Origin: Macrostomum hystrix
Taxonomy: Eukaryota; Animalia; Platyhelminthes
Assembly: GCA_950097015.1 (NCBI GenBank)
Contig: CATNEN010000002.1
Coordinates: forward strand, 9,345,681-9,409,680
DNA: 64,000 nucleotides
Reading direction: 5' to 3'
Each line of letters opens with the position of its first letter. Position 1 is the first letter of the stretch. Positions 1 to 13,878 of the stretch are shown here, piece after piece. The notes beneath the pieces are model-generated. The model did no database searches. It saw only the letters and a program-made list of their open reading frames with translations, and was not told where the DNA came from. The translations under genes and the position numbers were made by a program.

Positions 1-157
1 CCTGCTGCCCCAGCCACTCACAAGCTGACGGCCCCGCGCCGGGACCCGCCTGCTGCCCCAGCCACTCACAAGCTGACGGCCCCGCGCCGGGACCCGCCTG
101 CTGCCCCAGCCACTCACAAGCTGACGGCCCCGCGCCGGGACCCGCCTGCTGCCCCAG
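1..157 (-). repeat. 48-bp tandem repeat, 3+ copies in window
   Basis: cagccactcacaagctgacggccccgcgccgggacccgcctgctgccc recurs at 11, 59 and 107. Confidence 0.95.
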
Positions 158-3100
158 CCGCAGCTGCGCCTCGCCAAGACGCCGATTGGCTTCGGCCAGC
201 TGAGCCTCCAGCGCGGTTGCCCGCTGCCGCAGCGCCTCGGCGGCCGCGCGCCTCTCGCACGTCGTCAACGCGCAGCTGCTCCTCTAGCAGCACTTTGAGT
301 CGCTCCCCGCTCCCTGGGTCTCCATGGTAACCATGTCCTTTTTGACCGCCTCGAAGTCGAAGTAGACTCGGAGATCCCTGGAGCGGAAATCAGGGTAGGT
401 GCCGTCCCTGGTGAGCACGAGCTGTGAGACCAGCTCCTCCAGTAGCTTGAAGTACTCCTTGTGCTGCCTCGTCCACCGGCACGAACAGCAGGTGCAGCAG
501 GATGCTGCGGAAGTACCACTCGGCCTCCGTGCCCTGCACCGTGCGGAGCAGCAGCTCGAACAGGCGGCCCGGCTCGCTGAACTCCGCGTAGTCGGCGGCA
601 GCGGCCTCAAAGCGATCGCTGATCTCCAGGGTGTCCTGGTCTGCCTGCTCCTGGAAGCAGGCGGTGGGGGGGCGCAGGTGCGGGGTTTTGGAGGCCTGCG
701 CTTGCAAATAGGGATGTCAGAGACAATGGGATCTGAGTAGGGAGGTATGGGATAGATTGGGATGTGAGAATATGGGATAAACTAGGATCTGAGAATATGG
801 GATACACTGGGATCTGAGCATATGGGATAAACTGGGAGATGAGAATATGGGATAAACTAGGATCTGAGAATATGGGATAGACTGGGATCTGAGAAGCTGA
901 TTTCAGAGAAGCTATAACTTGATTAGGAAAGGTAAGGGATATCTGGGATCTAAATAGGGGGATATCGTGAGGCCCATTTCCAAGGCTTCAGTTACCTGGA
1001 AGACCTCGAATTGAGTCCTGCACTGGCGGTCCGGCGCATCTCGCGTGAGGCGGCCCAGCAGCTGCCAGCGGGCGCGAAGGCCACCGAAGCCCCAGAGCTC
1101 TGTGCGCACCGCCATGCGATGGTGGACGCCCTCGCAGGTGTCCAGCAGGGTGTTGACAAACAGCAGGCAGTCGCGCAGTAGGTCGTAGGCTCGCAGCCGG
1201 ATCTCCGTGCCCACATCCGGCCGGCTGAGAAGGGCGCAGGCCTTGTCCAGTGTGTTGCGGATCTGAAAGAAGCGACCGCCGCCGGATCCGAAGGCGCTGG
1301 CAGCGCTCGAACTGCCGACGACTCCGCCGACGACGCTGGCGGCACCCGAGGAGCCTTCGGAAGCGATGAAGCCGCGAGAGGTGCTGAAGGCACGCAGGAC
1401 AATCGTGTTGGCGTTCTCCACCTGGACAGGAAGAAGGTTCGGGATAACATTCGGTCAGGTGTGAGGATGTGGGATGATTGTTGGTCAGGTGTGAGTATCT
1501 TGGATGATTGTTGGTCAGGTGTGAGGATCTGGGATGATTGTTGGTAAGGTGTGAGTATCTGGGATGATTGTTGGTCAGGTGTGAGGATGTGGGATGATTA
1601 TTGGTCAGGTGTGAGTATCTGGGATGATTATTGGTCAGGTGTGAGGAACTGGATAATTTTTGGTCAGGTGTGAGGATTTTGGGATGATTGTTGGTCAGGT
1701 GTGAGTATCTGGGATGATTGTTGGTCAGGTGTGAGGAACTGGATAATTGTTGGTCAGGTGTGAGGATCTGGGATGATTGTTGGTCAGGTGTGAGTATCTG
1801 GGATGATTGTTGGTCAGGTGTGAGGAACTGGATAATTGTTGGTCAGGTGTGAGGATCTGGGATGATTGTTGGTCAGGTGTGAGTATCTGGGATGATTGAT
1901 GGTCAGGTGTGAGTATCTGGGATGATTGATGGTCAGGGTGTGAGTATCTGGGATGATTGATGGTCAGGTGTGAGGATCTGGGATGATTGTTGGTCAGGTG
2001 TGAGTATCTGGGATGATTGATGGTCAGGTGTGAGGATCTGGGATGATTGTTGGTCAGGTGTGGGGATCTGGGATGATTATTGGTCAGCCATAACTTTTGA
2101 ACCAACCTGAGCCTTGGCCAGCTCCTCGTGCTCGCTCTTGTAGAAGAAGAGAAAGGAGGACAGCAGCTCGAAGATGCAGCTGGCCAGCTGGTACTCGCTA
2201 GGCGGCAGGAAAGGCACAATGCCCAGCGACTCCACAATGGTGGAACACGGTCCGGGGCTCGTGCTGCAGCAGGTGAGTCATGCCGCACCTGTTGTCGCAG
2301 AACTTCCGCAGGCTCAGCAGGGTGTTGAGGCAGGCCTTGCGCCAATGCCCGGCCTGGCGTGGTGGGTTGAGTCGATCAGGGATTAGAGAACATTTGTGGC
2401 TGAGCAGGTATACAATTTTGCATATATTAAAATGGGGAAAATCTATGGGATCTGAGATATCTAAGTTGCTAGCTCACTTCTGTCTCCATCTCATCCTTTA
2501 TAAACACCTGCGCAATCCTTTCCCATCCCATTTGGGATCCTGGGACACCTTGCCCAACCCAACCCATCTGGGATCCTGGGACAACCTTGCCCAACCCAAC
2601 CCATCTGGGATCCTGGGACACCTTGCCCAACCCACCCATCTGGGATCCTGGGACACCTTGCCCGACCCAACCCATCTGGGATCATGGGACACCTTGCCCA
2701 ACCCAACCCATCTGGGATCCTGGGACACCTTGCCCACCCAACCCATCTGGGATCCTGGGACACCTTGCCCAACCCAACCCATCTGGGATCATGGGATACC
2801 TTGCCCACCCAACCCATCTGGCATCCTGGCGCACCTCCTTGCCCTGCTCGCCGGCCGCCAGCACCACGGAGCGGGCGCAGTACTCCAGCAGTTGGCCGAG
2901 CGCCCGAAGTCCGCCAGCGTCGGCGAAGCGACGCACATCCGTGATGGTCAGCGTGGACATGTGCATGCGCAGCTGGGAGGCGCCCTTGTCGGCTTCGTCC
3001 AGGTGAAGGGGCCGTCGGGCCGCCCGGCGAGTCGCTTCAGCAGGGCCAGGCAGGTGGCGAAGTCGGTCTCAGCGCTGCTCTTGTGCTCCTTGTAGTTGTG

Positions 3101-3418
3101 AAGCATGACGGCCAGTGCGCGGTAGTCTTTGTTCTGGAAGGAGCGCGCGTCCAGGTTCAGGTCCTGAATCATGTCGGCCAGGGCGGAATCCAGCTCGTCC
3201 TGGCTCATTGGCTGCAGCTGCATGATCGACTGCTGCTGATGCTCCTGCTGCTGCTGCTGCTGCTGCCGTTTCTGCTGCTTCTCCATGGCCACAGCTGCCG
3301 CTGCACTTGACTCCGACGACGAGCTGCCGCGACGAAACAGAAGGCCGCCGAGGCCTCCAGTGCTGCTCGACGCACTGCTGACGGTGCCGGAGCCCTTCTT
3401 GCGCTCCCTGATTGACAT
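1..3418 (-). CDS. DIAPH: Mirror copy of the formin 5' half (GBD/FH3 to coiled coil), running off the window start
   Basis: Same exons on the minus strand (3418-~2833, ~2385-2110, 1421-994, 651-~118). ORFs 2948..3418, 912..1421 and 390..707 match the + copy. Confidence 0.9.
700..965 (-). repeat. Degenerate ~29-bp intronic minisatellite (mirror at ~33410-33660)
   Basis: Repeated gggatctgagaatatgggataaact-like units within a formin intron. Confidence 0.8.
1448..2090 (-). repeat. 30-bp intronic minisatellite, ~21 copies
   Basis: Unit ggtcaggtgtgaggatctgggatgattgtt fills the formin intron. Confidence 0.96.
2530..2822 (-). repeat. 36-bp intronic minisatellite, ~8 copies
   Basis: Unit tgggatcctgggacaccttgcccaacccaacccatc. 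Confidence 0.96.
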
Positions 3419-3627
3419 CTGCGGCTGCTTGGCTGCGGGGGCAAAAGGCCACTGACCGAAATTAAAGACTTATTCCAGGCTTCGCAGTCGAAAACAAAGC
3501 AATACACTGCCTAGCTAAATCTGAGAATCAGATAGTCTGATTTTGACTATCTAATAGGGCGCTATTGCCTCGGGAAGATCTTATCGAATCGAATTGCCAT
3601 CAATTACCGTGCAGGCCGTTAAAAAAT

Positions 3628-6600
3628 ATGAACAACAGACTACTGCTAGAAGTAGTAGAATCGAAGCTGAGCGAGGCCAACAGACAGCTAATTGCCAACA
3701 ATTGCCATTCGGCGAGACTGAATGCTGAACTCGAAGCCAGGGAAAGCCCCATTCTGAACCAGCTCAACCGACTCCGCTGTGGTTCCAGAAGGCCCACGTG
3801 AAGAGGACAGGCGAGTGCGGCCTGAGAGAGCTGGCAGGGTGGGGACTTCAGTTTTTTGTCAGCGGTCTCAATTTCCTGTCAGAGGCGCCAAGAACACACA
3901 GGGAAGCGTCTTCTGTTCTCACAAGCGCGCGACACTTATGAATGAAAGATTAATGCAAAAGCAAAGCTGGAGTGAAAGCCTGGCAGGCTCCCTGCATCGA
4001 TCTGCGGTAACGAGCCGAAACCAGCTCACACTGAGCCAGAAAAAAACAGGAAGACTATCTGCAGCCAGCCCCATTGAAGCTGCTTCTGTATCGATCGGTG
4101 GAACTAACTCAACTTCTGCTATTTTAGGTAACTTTATTTCTGGATAAGACTCAAAGGCATGGAAATAGGAAATAAAGCAACTATAATTGATGCTAATTAA
4201 TAAGTTAGTAGCTGCACAACGGCAATGCAATGCAAAATAAATAGCTAAACAGGAAGACAGTGAGAGTCACCATGGAGGAGACAGTGGAACCACCCACCTA
4301 GGGGAAAGCAGTGGGGCCAGCATGGGGCTGACAATATTAGTAGCCATGGAGGAGACAGTGGGAGTCACCATCGGGGAGACTGTGCAAGCCACCTTGTGGA
4401 AAGCAGTGCGGACCGCCTCGGCGGCTGTTGCTGAAACAAATGCCAGGCATACAAGCTAGTAGCCAAGTGTCTCATTATCAGCTACCAGACGTGTAGGGCA
4501 GTTTAGCTAATGCGAAAGCCCAGGTCATGTCGTGTCAGCCAAGGCAAGGCTGATTGAAGAAAACGCAAAGGCCAGTGGGAAATTCAGGTCAGGCGGGGCG
4601 CCGGCATGAGGGATGGACAAAATTCATCCGCGAGGGCTCGGGTGAATTAGGAGAAAAGATTGGGCCGGAGTCACCGACACTGCCAAGGACAGTGGGGCGC
4701 CAGTCCCAATGGTCCGCCCAGCTCCTCTCATCGGCCTGCCCCCAATTCCGACCTAGCCCTGCCAGACCGGTGCAAAAAAGAAACAGAAATAGGAACTGCG
4801 CGCACTCAGTTGTGGCAGGGGAGAAATGGGGAGCGAAAAAGTGCACCCAGGAATTTTAGAAGTTCCGGATTAATTGAACTAAACGCAACTCGCGGGCCGT
4901 CGGGAAATATACACGATACAGCATGATAAAATACAAAAAGAAAGCTGGTTCCTTTTGAAAATTGCTGACAGGACCAGTGCGACACACCTTCCAGGCAGCT
5001 GGACAGAAACTGGGAATTAAAGGGATGATAAATCTGGGCGGAATCGGTCCGCAGGCACAAATCACAGAAGCACGGATAGCACGCACTTACACAAAACACC
5101 GTTTCGGGACCTGATCTCGCAAAGTTCCGTAGGGCTTTTGTGCCATTGTCAATCGGTTCTGTCTTCTGACGCCTCAGACGCGCCAGCAAAAAAAACTGGA
5201 GGACTCGCACGAAGCAGGGGGATGAAAAGAGGAAAATTATTCGCAGCACTCTGCGTCTGCCAGTGACAGATCCGAAAAAAGTAGTGCAGCTACTGAAGCT
5301 TGCGGAATGAGACGGCAATGTAAATGTATTAGGAAATGCCGATACTAGCTGGAGAGAAACAGCCTACATTTTGGCCTCCTCGGGTGGTCCGCAGGGCCAA
5401 GCCGGTGTTTATACCAGGAAAAGCCTGAGGGAGCATTAGCAATTCGAATAAGCATAGGCGGGGACAGGGACCGACCTAAATAGTAAGCGCCTTTAGTGAA
5501 ACTTCAGCCGGCACTTGCAGTTGAGACGCTAACTTTCTCGTCTGCTGGCCGAGTCACGCACTGCACAACTAAAGGAAATGCCAACTGCTTAACTAACTTA
5601 TCTAAGAGCTGTCAGTACGCTCAGTCCCAATACTGCTTGTAGGCAAGGGACAATGCACTACAAAGCTCGATGAAGATCGAAGCTATTAATATGAATATAT
5701 TAAGTGGTAGTACTCAAGATAACCCATCAATTGATAAAAGCTGCACACGCAGCTTTAAAACCAACCTGCATAGGTTTAGGAGGGCCATTGACCTAGCAGT
5801 GCAAGCGTCATGGGGGAGTAAACTTCCAGCGATCATTCTAAGGCGGAACTCCCCTGCCACTGGCACCGACTGTCACTCAATATGCGTAAAAGGCGAAAGC
5901 AAATTTCACAAGAATCCTGGCCCGCCCACCTAAGCCAGACTCCGCTCAGCTCCAGGAGAGGACTGATGTCTGAAGAAGAGAAGGTACGAAGGAAGAGTAA
6001 CCTTTCAAGAGAAGGTAAATGACTACTCTAGCAGATCTCGGAATTGCACACAGCCTGTGCTGGGGCCGATGAATTTTGCAACTATATTTATCCAGTTTGG
6101 GCTTCCTAAAAGCCACCCCCAAATTTTAACTGGCAACTTTAATCACCAGTGCGCATTGTGCTAAGAGCCAACAGCGTGTTGCCCCGCCCACTTGGCCTCT
6201 AATGGCCCGTGTCTGCTCGGCTAAGGGAGAAAATGCAGACACGCTTGGCTTAGAGACCACACGGAGGAATTCACCGCAGCAGTTTTAGGGACAAGAAACG
6301 CAAGCGAGAGTGGGGGCAGAGAGGCAGCGGAGGCAGGGCTGCGGATCGATACCTACTTGCTGGTCGCGCACACCTTTCCTCGAGGCTGGCGAGGGCGAGA
6401 GACCAGCGGGAAAAACGCTGAGGGAGACAGACCCAAGGAGGAAAAAGACCAAGGAGAAATGGAGAGGGGAACCGGCGAGAGGAAGAGATGGAGAAGGCGA
6501 GAGTGTTGGGATTTCATAGTAGCGCTCGGAATTATGACCCAGCCTATGTTACCGGATTAGCGTTTTTTAGACCCTAGCCCTAATTGAATCCCGGACCGAG

Positions 6601-7011
6601 AGATCTTAGGAGAAATGGGAGCGTGGGATTATTACTAACGGCCTGAGAAAAGGCCCCGTTCGCATTGCTGAAATCCACCGGGCGGCACTATCCGAGCCAG
6701 CAAATTTTTATGAGTATCAAGACCGCGAACGCAGTGGCCAGGCGGGCATGCCGACCTTGTGCCTGTCTTTCAAGAGGAAAGCGGCGTTGCAAAAAATAGT
6801 CATCAATTATGATCCGGGTCACCCGTGCCCGAGAAGTGGCCCTAGGAATGAAACAACAGCCTGGGCCAGGCTAGCTATAGGGACTGTAGACGAAGCAAAG
6901 GGTCGGTTGTGTCTCAAGTTTTCGGACATAGGCAAAATGCTGCAAGGTGGGCCGGCAAGCTGCGCCTCTGACTGCGGGAGGCAGCGCGGCGCGCCATTCA
7001 TCACGGGATGA
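3628..7011 (+). CDS. Possible uncharacterised multi-exon gene head-to-head with the formin (mirror ~27420-30800, minus strand)
   Basis: Several short coding-like segments end at GT donors (SAILG|gtaac ~4126; RREG|gtaaat ~6015). They include a coiled-coil-like segment 3628-3790 and a longer segment 6590-7011 (KRKAALQKIVINYDPGHPCP). No family recognised and exon structure unresolved. Confidence 0.3.
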
Positions 7012-9352
7012 TTGATTGAGGCTTTAGAATGCGGAGCAGCTAAGGAATTAACCAGAAATCCAAGACCAGCGCTAAGCAGAGTGCATCAAAACGTGGAGTT
7101 TAGGACCAGAGACAGCTGTTTTAAATGATAATCACATCCTTCATTGAAAAATTAAAATTAAAGAGAAAGACGTGATATTTTGCTTGGTTTGTACCACCGA
7201 ACTAACTACGAGCTACTTGTGCTAAACGAGGGAATGAACGTCAGAAAAAGTATGTGGCTCCGAAGAATTGCGATTTGGGCAGCACGAATTTAGTATTAGC
7301 ATTTCAGTGATGAGATCACCTGCCAAGTTCAACTGGACTCACAATACCCACTCGAGGCTGCACTTTGAGTTCTGACATCACTCCAAGCTGTCCATTCGAC
7401 AAAGGCTCTTCCTCACACTTTGCTGAGGCAAGAAGCTTCAATACTACTAAATTAAATTCCTTATTCCAAGCGTTTGCGCTCATAGAAGAGAGTGAAAGAA
7501 GTTCCTTCTCTCTTAAGCCATCATCTCTAATTTCCCCACTGGCTGACTTAGGATTCATCTCGTCAGGAATTACAAGAGAATTGACAATATGGTAAGGGAA
7601 GTTATTTATATTCTGTCCAATCTGGATTCTGTGAATCGAGCATTTGCGAGGCAGAAACTTGATGGCTAAAAATAGAATACTTTAGGTTAACAGGCCGGCA
7701 GGTCACACCAAGATCCTTTCTCGCTCGATGAAGAGAAAATTCAAGGAGTCTCGGAAGGTCAAAGCAATTGGCCTAGGCCTACAGCTAGTTAGGTGACCAC
7801 GAAGTTTTGGCTAGTTAAGGATTTCAAAACAATCGATGCCTGATGTGCGGGCTGAACTAACTTGATCAGGAGCGCACACTTATCAAGTGCAGCAGCATAC
7901 TTAAAACGGGCGCAGAACAAAATCGGAGGCATGGCATTTGCCGGAGAGCACGACAATTCCCGCTTCGCCTCTGCTGTGTACGCAACAGCAGGGTTGAAAC
8001 CAGGCTTCAATCGATTCAAGCCACTTTAGACAATTCTTTACAGTCTTTCAGTCCTACAGACAGCTCTCACAATTTTTGGCTTCGGGTAGGAATTGCGCAC
8101 CGAGGTCTATCAGTGAGAAAAAACGCGGCTCTGTACCACTGAAGCCCAGATGATAAGGAGATAACTTACAAGTCAACAAAACTAGTTCCGTGCTGCCACC
8201 TGTCGCGAAATCTCCGATGCAAACCTGAACTTTCCACTTATCTCGAAGGTTCAGTTTGACAGTGCAGGCAGGATAGCGCCTTCAATCCTTAGTGGGATAA
8301 GGTCAGATCACTTAATCTACTAAGCCTGCAGAGAAGGGTTAAGATCATTCGTGATGATCCCAGAGCAGCCTGCGAATGCGAATATGCAAAAATTAAAAAT
8401 GATTGAAGGCATGCACTTTCTTAAAAAAAATCTTCTCGGTCACCATAGTAACAGCATGGGCGAGACACGTGGCACGTACCCCGGCTGAGTTATGAATAAT
8501 TTATTAGCTCATGAGGCCTCACATGTCGTGCATACATCAACTCGATCTAAATCCACCCTGCTCTAAACGACTGCTCCATTTTAGTTGCGTAAGCTATTCA
8601 TATTCTAAAAGAAGATAAAAAGTCTGAGACGAAAATTATAAGGGTAGAAAATTGCATCTGGTTCATCGTAGAATAAATTCGGCTACAGAAATGTACACTA
8701 GTTAAGTAAAGTATGATAGCATACAAATTATTAAACAAAAATAATGCTGAGATCTGGGGGCGACAAAAAGAAGGCGCATTAAAGGAAGTGTTCACATACG
8801 GCAATGGCAACTATAATGTGTAAAATGTGATGTACTGTACGAAGCATGCGACATTACACTAGAGAATAGATAAGATCAAAAGCGAATCAATTAAGATCAT
8901 TATAATATATTATTTCCTTTCTATCAAAAGCAAGCCTATATGAGGCCGATTGAAAAAAACACTAGCATGCAAGTGCATGATGAATCCAGGGAAAGGCACA
9001 AAACGCACGTAATAGCATACTGATGATGTCAGCAAAGCTCGGATAAAATTCTAACAGCTTAATATATCCTGGAAATATACTGAAGATAACACAGACACGA
9101 AACTTTCTTGTTGGCTGCTTATTTGTAGCTCAGCAAAGAAACAAGAACTACCTGTACGCTCGTAGTTACATCAAAAAGTCAAAAAGAACCATAATACTCT
9201 CCTAATTGCAAGGAAATTTATAATAATGCCTTTACTGAATTTCATGGGGTTCTGTTGAGTCGAATAATCGGAAGAACAAGCATCTCTAATTAAAAAAACG
9301 CTCGTCACTGAATACACACCACAAAGCAATCATATGTTGTAGAGTTTTAAGC

Positions 9353-12300
9353 TCAGCCCGTGTGACAGCAGATATTTAGCTGTCCAGCGAGCTCCAGCAT
9401 CCACCGCTTTAAGATAGTCGCAGACAATTTGACTGCATTCCATAATAATCCAGAGGCGAAGCGAATGTAAAACTGCATTTTTCTGTAGTTAGAAGATTTC
9501 AGCAGGCTGGTACCAAAAGAAATTGTAGTTCTGCCCACCGAAGGCAACTAGGTCGACAAGGTTAATCTGCTCGATCACACTCTGCTCGCCTGCATCAAAA
9601 ATATGAATCGCCTGCTCAGATACAGCCAATAGTAAATCGGTACCTCGATAAGATCAAAGTCAACGCAGCGGGCAAGGGAAAAACCTGGCTTCCCAGATGC
9701 TCCTGTCCAGAAAGAGAACTGATGTAGTTTCGAAGCAAGTCAACTTGCTTTTGAGCAATTAGCACCCCATTGCTCTAAAAGCATAAGCTTCAGGTGCATG
9801 ACTCTGTCCTCCTCGTGAGATTACAACAAGCGGAAACAACTGCTTGATTAAAAGGCCAAGAGTCTGATCCTTGTGAACGATATTTCTGTAGTTGCCTTCA
9901 GAGCTTGGCAAAGGTGCGCTATGGTGATTAGAAGGGTCACCCCATCTACAGGATAGTAACTGACAAGAAGATCAAACTGAATCTGGTATAACAACTGCTT
10001 TCTAATTCAAATTCCCGTGGAGCTCAGTATCAAACATGCTTAGCTGATAGGAACGACATCGTAAATAAAAGTCGACTGGAGCACGACTTGGTCGATCCCG
10101 GCCTGGTGAATGCGCAATCGAAGCTGGGCTTGCTCTGACGTCTTCAAACGTTGCTGTTGCTGACTCCGTTGGTAGGGGGGCATTGCTCAAAACTCACCTG
10201 AACTTTCCAGGTAAGGGGTCAAGATAGCACAGAATGACTGGTTGTCTTTTATGTACAATGAGAAGGCAAATTCTTTGTTATGGGTAGCTTCAAAGGCGGA
10301 AAATGGCTGGATTTGCGGAGGATCAGCGACCGTCGATGAGCCATGAATTCACGACCACCTTAGTAAGGCGTTGCCGAGGAAGTGATACCAGGAAAGCTGA
10401 AAGGATCGGAAACGGAGGAACGGCCTGTCTCAGAAGCATTGAAGTTTACTTCCCAGCGATGAAGGAGGCTTGCGATCGACCACCGAATTCGCGGAGTTTT
10501 TTTGTAGGCAAGGGTTTGACAAAAGGGTAATCAAACTTTGCGATAAGCGCATTATTGCTCTTGATTTGCTCGCTAAGATAATACTCAACAAACGGACGAA
10601 AGCCAAATCAGAAGGCAGAAATAGACGGTGAAACCAGAGAAAACAACTGCCATGAAGACTGAATGGATGCAGGAAGGTCAGACTCTGATACCCGTGGTTG
10701 CTGGCTGCCGGCTGAAATCGTTGACGAGCTTGAATGCGTTGAGCATAAAAACTTAGGTGATGAGCACTTAAACTTGGACTTTCGCTCCTTTGGTGTCAGC
10801 TTTAACTTAGACGAAGGAATGGTTTGCATCACGAGTTGCAAATACAATTCGTCTTTTAGAAGCGGTAGGTCAAAGCAATACAAGCAGAGCCGCTTAACCA
10901 ATTCCGTCTTTTCTATCGGATTGCTATCTGCAGACGGGTAAATATAGAGCAAAATGAGCTGGAAAAGCAGCAGTGCGGAGTTGTTCAAATCGGATGGGAT
11001 CTTTGAAAGCGGAGCATCAAGTGGCTGGTCTGAGTGCCAGAAATTTCCATGAAAATCCTCACCCATCAAATGCGCGAGGTGAGTAGAAAAGGGTGAGTTG
11101 AGCCAAGACTGACGCCTGGGCATAACTTTCCGACTAAGCTTGGGTGTCGGTGATTTTGGAACTGGCAGTATTTCCGCAACACTCTGAGGTTCGATTCGGC
11201 AGGCAAGCTGAGTCAAAAGATGGCGCCATCTGACAAACTCAGCCTCATCCGTGCAAATAAAATAAACGGGCTCCTTGCCCTTACTTCGAACAGCAATGGT
11301 TCTGTTGGGAGAGGTCACCTCACTGTAGTCGCCGTCACTTTCAGATGAGCTGCCGCCAAATGCTTCAGAAATTATGCAATTAGATAAATCTTTGCTTCCG
11401 GTTGGAACGGAATCTGTATGCCGCTTGTAATATACAAGAAAGTGTCCATATAATCTGCAGTAAAGCTTCTTGCTGTTTCCGCATTTAACGCGCTTAAGCC
11501 AACCTTTGTAAAGCAGCCGTCCCGAATTTCTCTGCACTATTAGCTCAGAGTTATGGCGCTTGATTGAGCCGACCATAGCGTAATACCAGAGTGATCTCTC
11601 ACTGGTCGAGTCGCAGCTAAGGTACAAAGACTTTTCTGAACCTTGAACCTTGACATCAATACCATAGTCATGCAAACAAGAACGACTTACAGACTCAATA
11701 TCTTTAAGTGAAACACACAGCTGAGCTTTCTGTTTTGCTCCTGGCTTTGCTGGATAAAACAGTAGGCTGTGGGTTGTTAAAATGCACCAGAAACGCCGCC
11801 ACACTTTAAATTTGCCACTTAATTTGTTAACGAAACCATTTTTTATAACTTTAGAGTCAGGCAGAGGGCAACTCTGTGAGGGCCCAGCAGTGAGTAAAAC
11901 AGCAGCATTAGCTGAATCACCTGCGACGCTGGAGTCATCAGGTGGCAGGTAGTAGTCCATGCTAACAGAGGACGCACTGACTGCGCTTTCGGACATCACT
12001 GACCGACCGTTTGGGTCAACTTGAAAAGCGTTATCGTACTCAGAACTCTCGCACTCAGAGTTGTCAAACTGAAGATCGATTGGGTGCAGCTGAACCAACC
12101 TTGCAGAGCCCTTGACACACGAGTAGATGGGAAGAGCAGCCGCTAGTGCTTTGATTTCCTGTTTGCGTTCGGATGCGCCAACAATCGCCTCGTGTACACG
12201 CCTAGCTAAATCTGCTTTTAGCAATCCCTTTATCGAAGACAAAACTTGAATGCTCGAGTTAAGCGATCCAGGGATCATTGCCTGCCGGGAAGCAATTTGC

Positions 12301-13878
12301 TTAGTTTTAGAAGAGGCCAAAATATCGGGAGAATCGGGTACATGCTTCGCTGATGTATCGCTGTTGCTGCTAGCGCCAAGTAAAACGCGCTCCTCCGAGC
12401 TGCGCAGCTTTAAAGGGGCGGCAGCAGAAACTTGAGCTGGGATTTTATCCTGCATGGGAGTATTGGGCTCCGACAGGTTATCTCGGCAACTCTTGCTCGC
12501 TGATCCCAGCAAGGGTCGATCCTGCATGCCCTTTCGTAAGTGGCCGGGTTTAAGCATGGCTTTTCTGTGCTCCCTCACGGCCGGCTCAGTGTGAAGCAGA
12601 GTTCGCTCAAATGAAGAAGACAAATTGCCCTCTGACAGATCCAAGACAGGTCTAACACACGATTCCTCACTTAGTTGATGCTTGAGTAGATAAGGAGGGT
12701 GTACTCTGGGTCTTCCAAATACTTGATGCCTCAGATTTGGCTCATATTCATCAGTTCCGCCAATACATTCATAAGGGGCTTCAGATGCACTCTCTCCTTG
12801 AGCCCTTTTCACCCCGGATCCGGAGCAAGCCACCTCAGCGGGGAGACTGTATAACGTTTGGCCGCTTTGAGTACTTGCTGGCTGCAGAGTAGGGGCGGCA
12901 ACGCTCCTGGAGCTGCCATTACTAGCTGAGCTGTCCATGTATGGCTGCGTGTCTGTTGAAGTCTGCAGAAATTGCTTTCGGTTAATGCGCACTTTGGGCG
13001 GCGCCGGCTTATTCATTGCCGCGTTTGACTCACAAAAACCTGCAGAGGGACAGTCATGCTACCGAAGGGCTCTCCATTTGAAAGTAGGTTGTGCCCGGAC
13101 TAATATAAAACTCCTGCATAGCAACTGCGCCTCTCTCTAAGTCTTCCGATGTAGAGGCCAACGCAGGTGATGATGTGCCCAGATTGGAGCTCGGGTCACA
13201 CCGCTGACGCTGGCGTCGGTGCTGGTAATCCGAGAACTAGAACTAGAGCTGGACGAGTCGCATGAGATTTTCACTGTGTCCAAATTAGCATTGTTCAGAA
13301 TGAAATTTTCATAGGTTTCTGACAAGCTTGAGTAGCACTCTAGGGAGCGAGGCGAGCTGTAGCTCTTTCGGAAGTCGCTATTGGTGGTGCCGCTACTGTT
13401 CGATGCCTCCTTCGGTCCCGCGGATACCGATAGCAGTCGCTTCGGGTCGTTCAGGTCATCTCGCTATAGCTGTTGCGGGACAGGGACTTGCCAAGCGGAT
13501 GGGTCCCGGGTAGGAGTGTCTCGTGAGCCTTCTGGTAATTAACGGCCTGCAGTTCACGGTTAATTGCCTCAGAGAGACTCAGAACCTGGGAGTCGAGCTG
13601 CAGAAGGCTAGAACGGTACAGGGAGAGTCGATGCAGGCGCACGTTGTTGGGGTTCAGCTGGATAACTCGAGTCGAGTCTCGATGGTGGAGCGCAACAGTC
13701 GCAGACGCCTGGTGAGAATCAGAAAGGCGCCAGGTGCATTGTGCAACCAGATCGCAGTAGGAGGCCTCCAACTCATGCAGCTCCTGGGTTAGCGCGGCAA
13801 CCACCAGCCTCTCATCTGCATTTAATTGGCCGAGGGGTCAGATCCGACCGACAATTCGGGATTGCCCAGCTCAGACAT
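9353..13878 (-). CDS. PLEKHH: PLEKHH/MAX-1-like protein: N-terminal coiled coil, tandem PH domains, MyTH4, FERM; apparently single exon, ~1500 aa after indel repair
   Basis: 802-aa ORF 13016-10608 has PH1 (KNGFVNKLSGKFKVWRRFWCIL), PH2 (LYKGWLKRVKCGNSKKLYCRL) and MyTH4 (LKDELYLQLVMQT...SWQL). FERM starts PFSVPVSLLGKPYKVVGFHGSSTV. Flanking ORFs join by single indels, and the stop follows NICCHTG at 9353. Confidence 0.9.

Noticed and set aside
1725-2966. ORFs over the 30-bp and 36-bp arrays (NHPRSSHLT, WVGLGKVSQDPR) and equivalents at 31166-32686, 35104-35780, 36206-36745, 41635-41979, 60760-61479 and 62488-62999
   Set aside because: They are stop-free by-products of intronic or intergenic tandem repeats, and the flanking exons splice around them.
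4920-5310. Merlin/IS1595-like transposase remnant (NLGGIGPQAQITEARIA resembles LGGxGxxVQIDES)
   Set aside because: The putative catalytic Asp is absent, downstream motifs were not found, and there are no TIRs or TSD. The resemblance is too weak.
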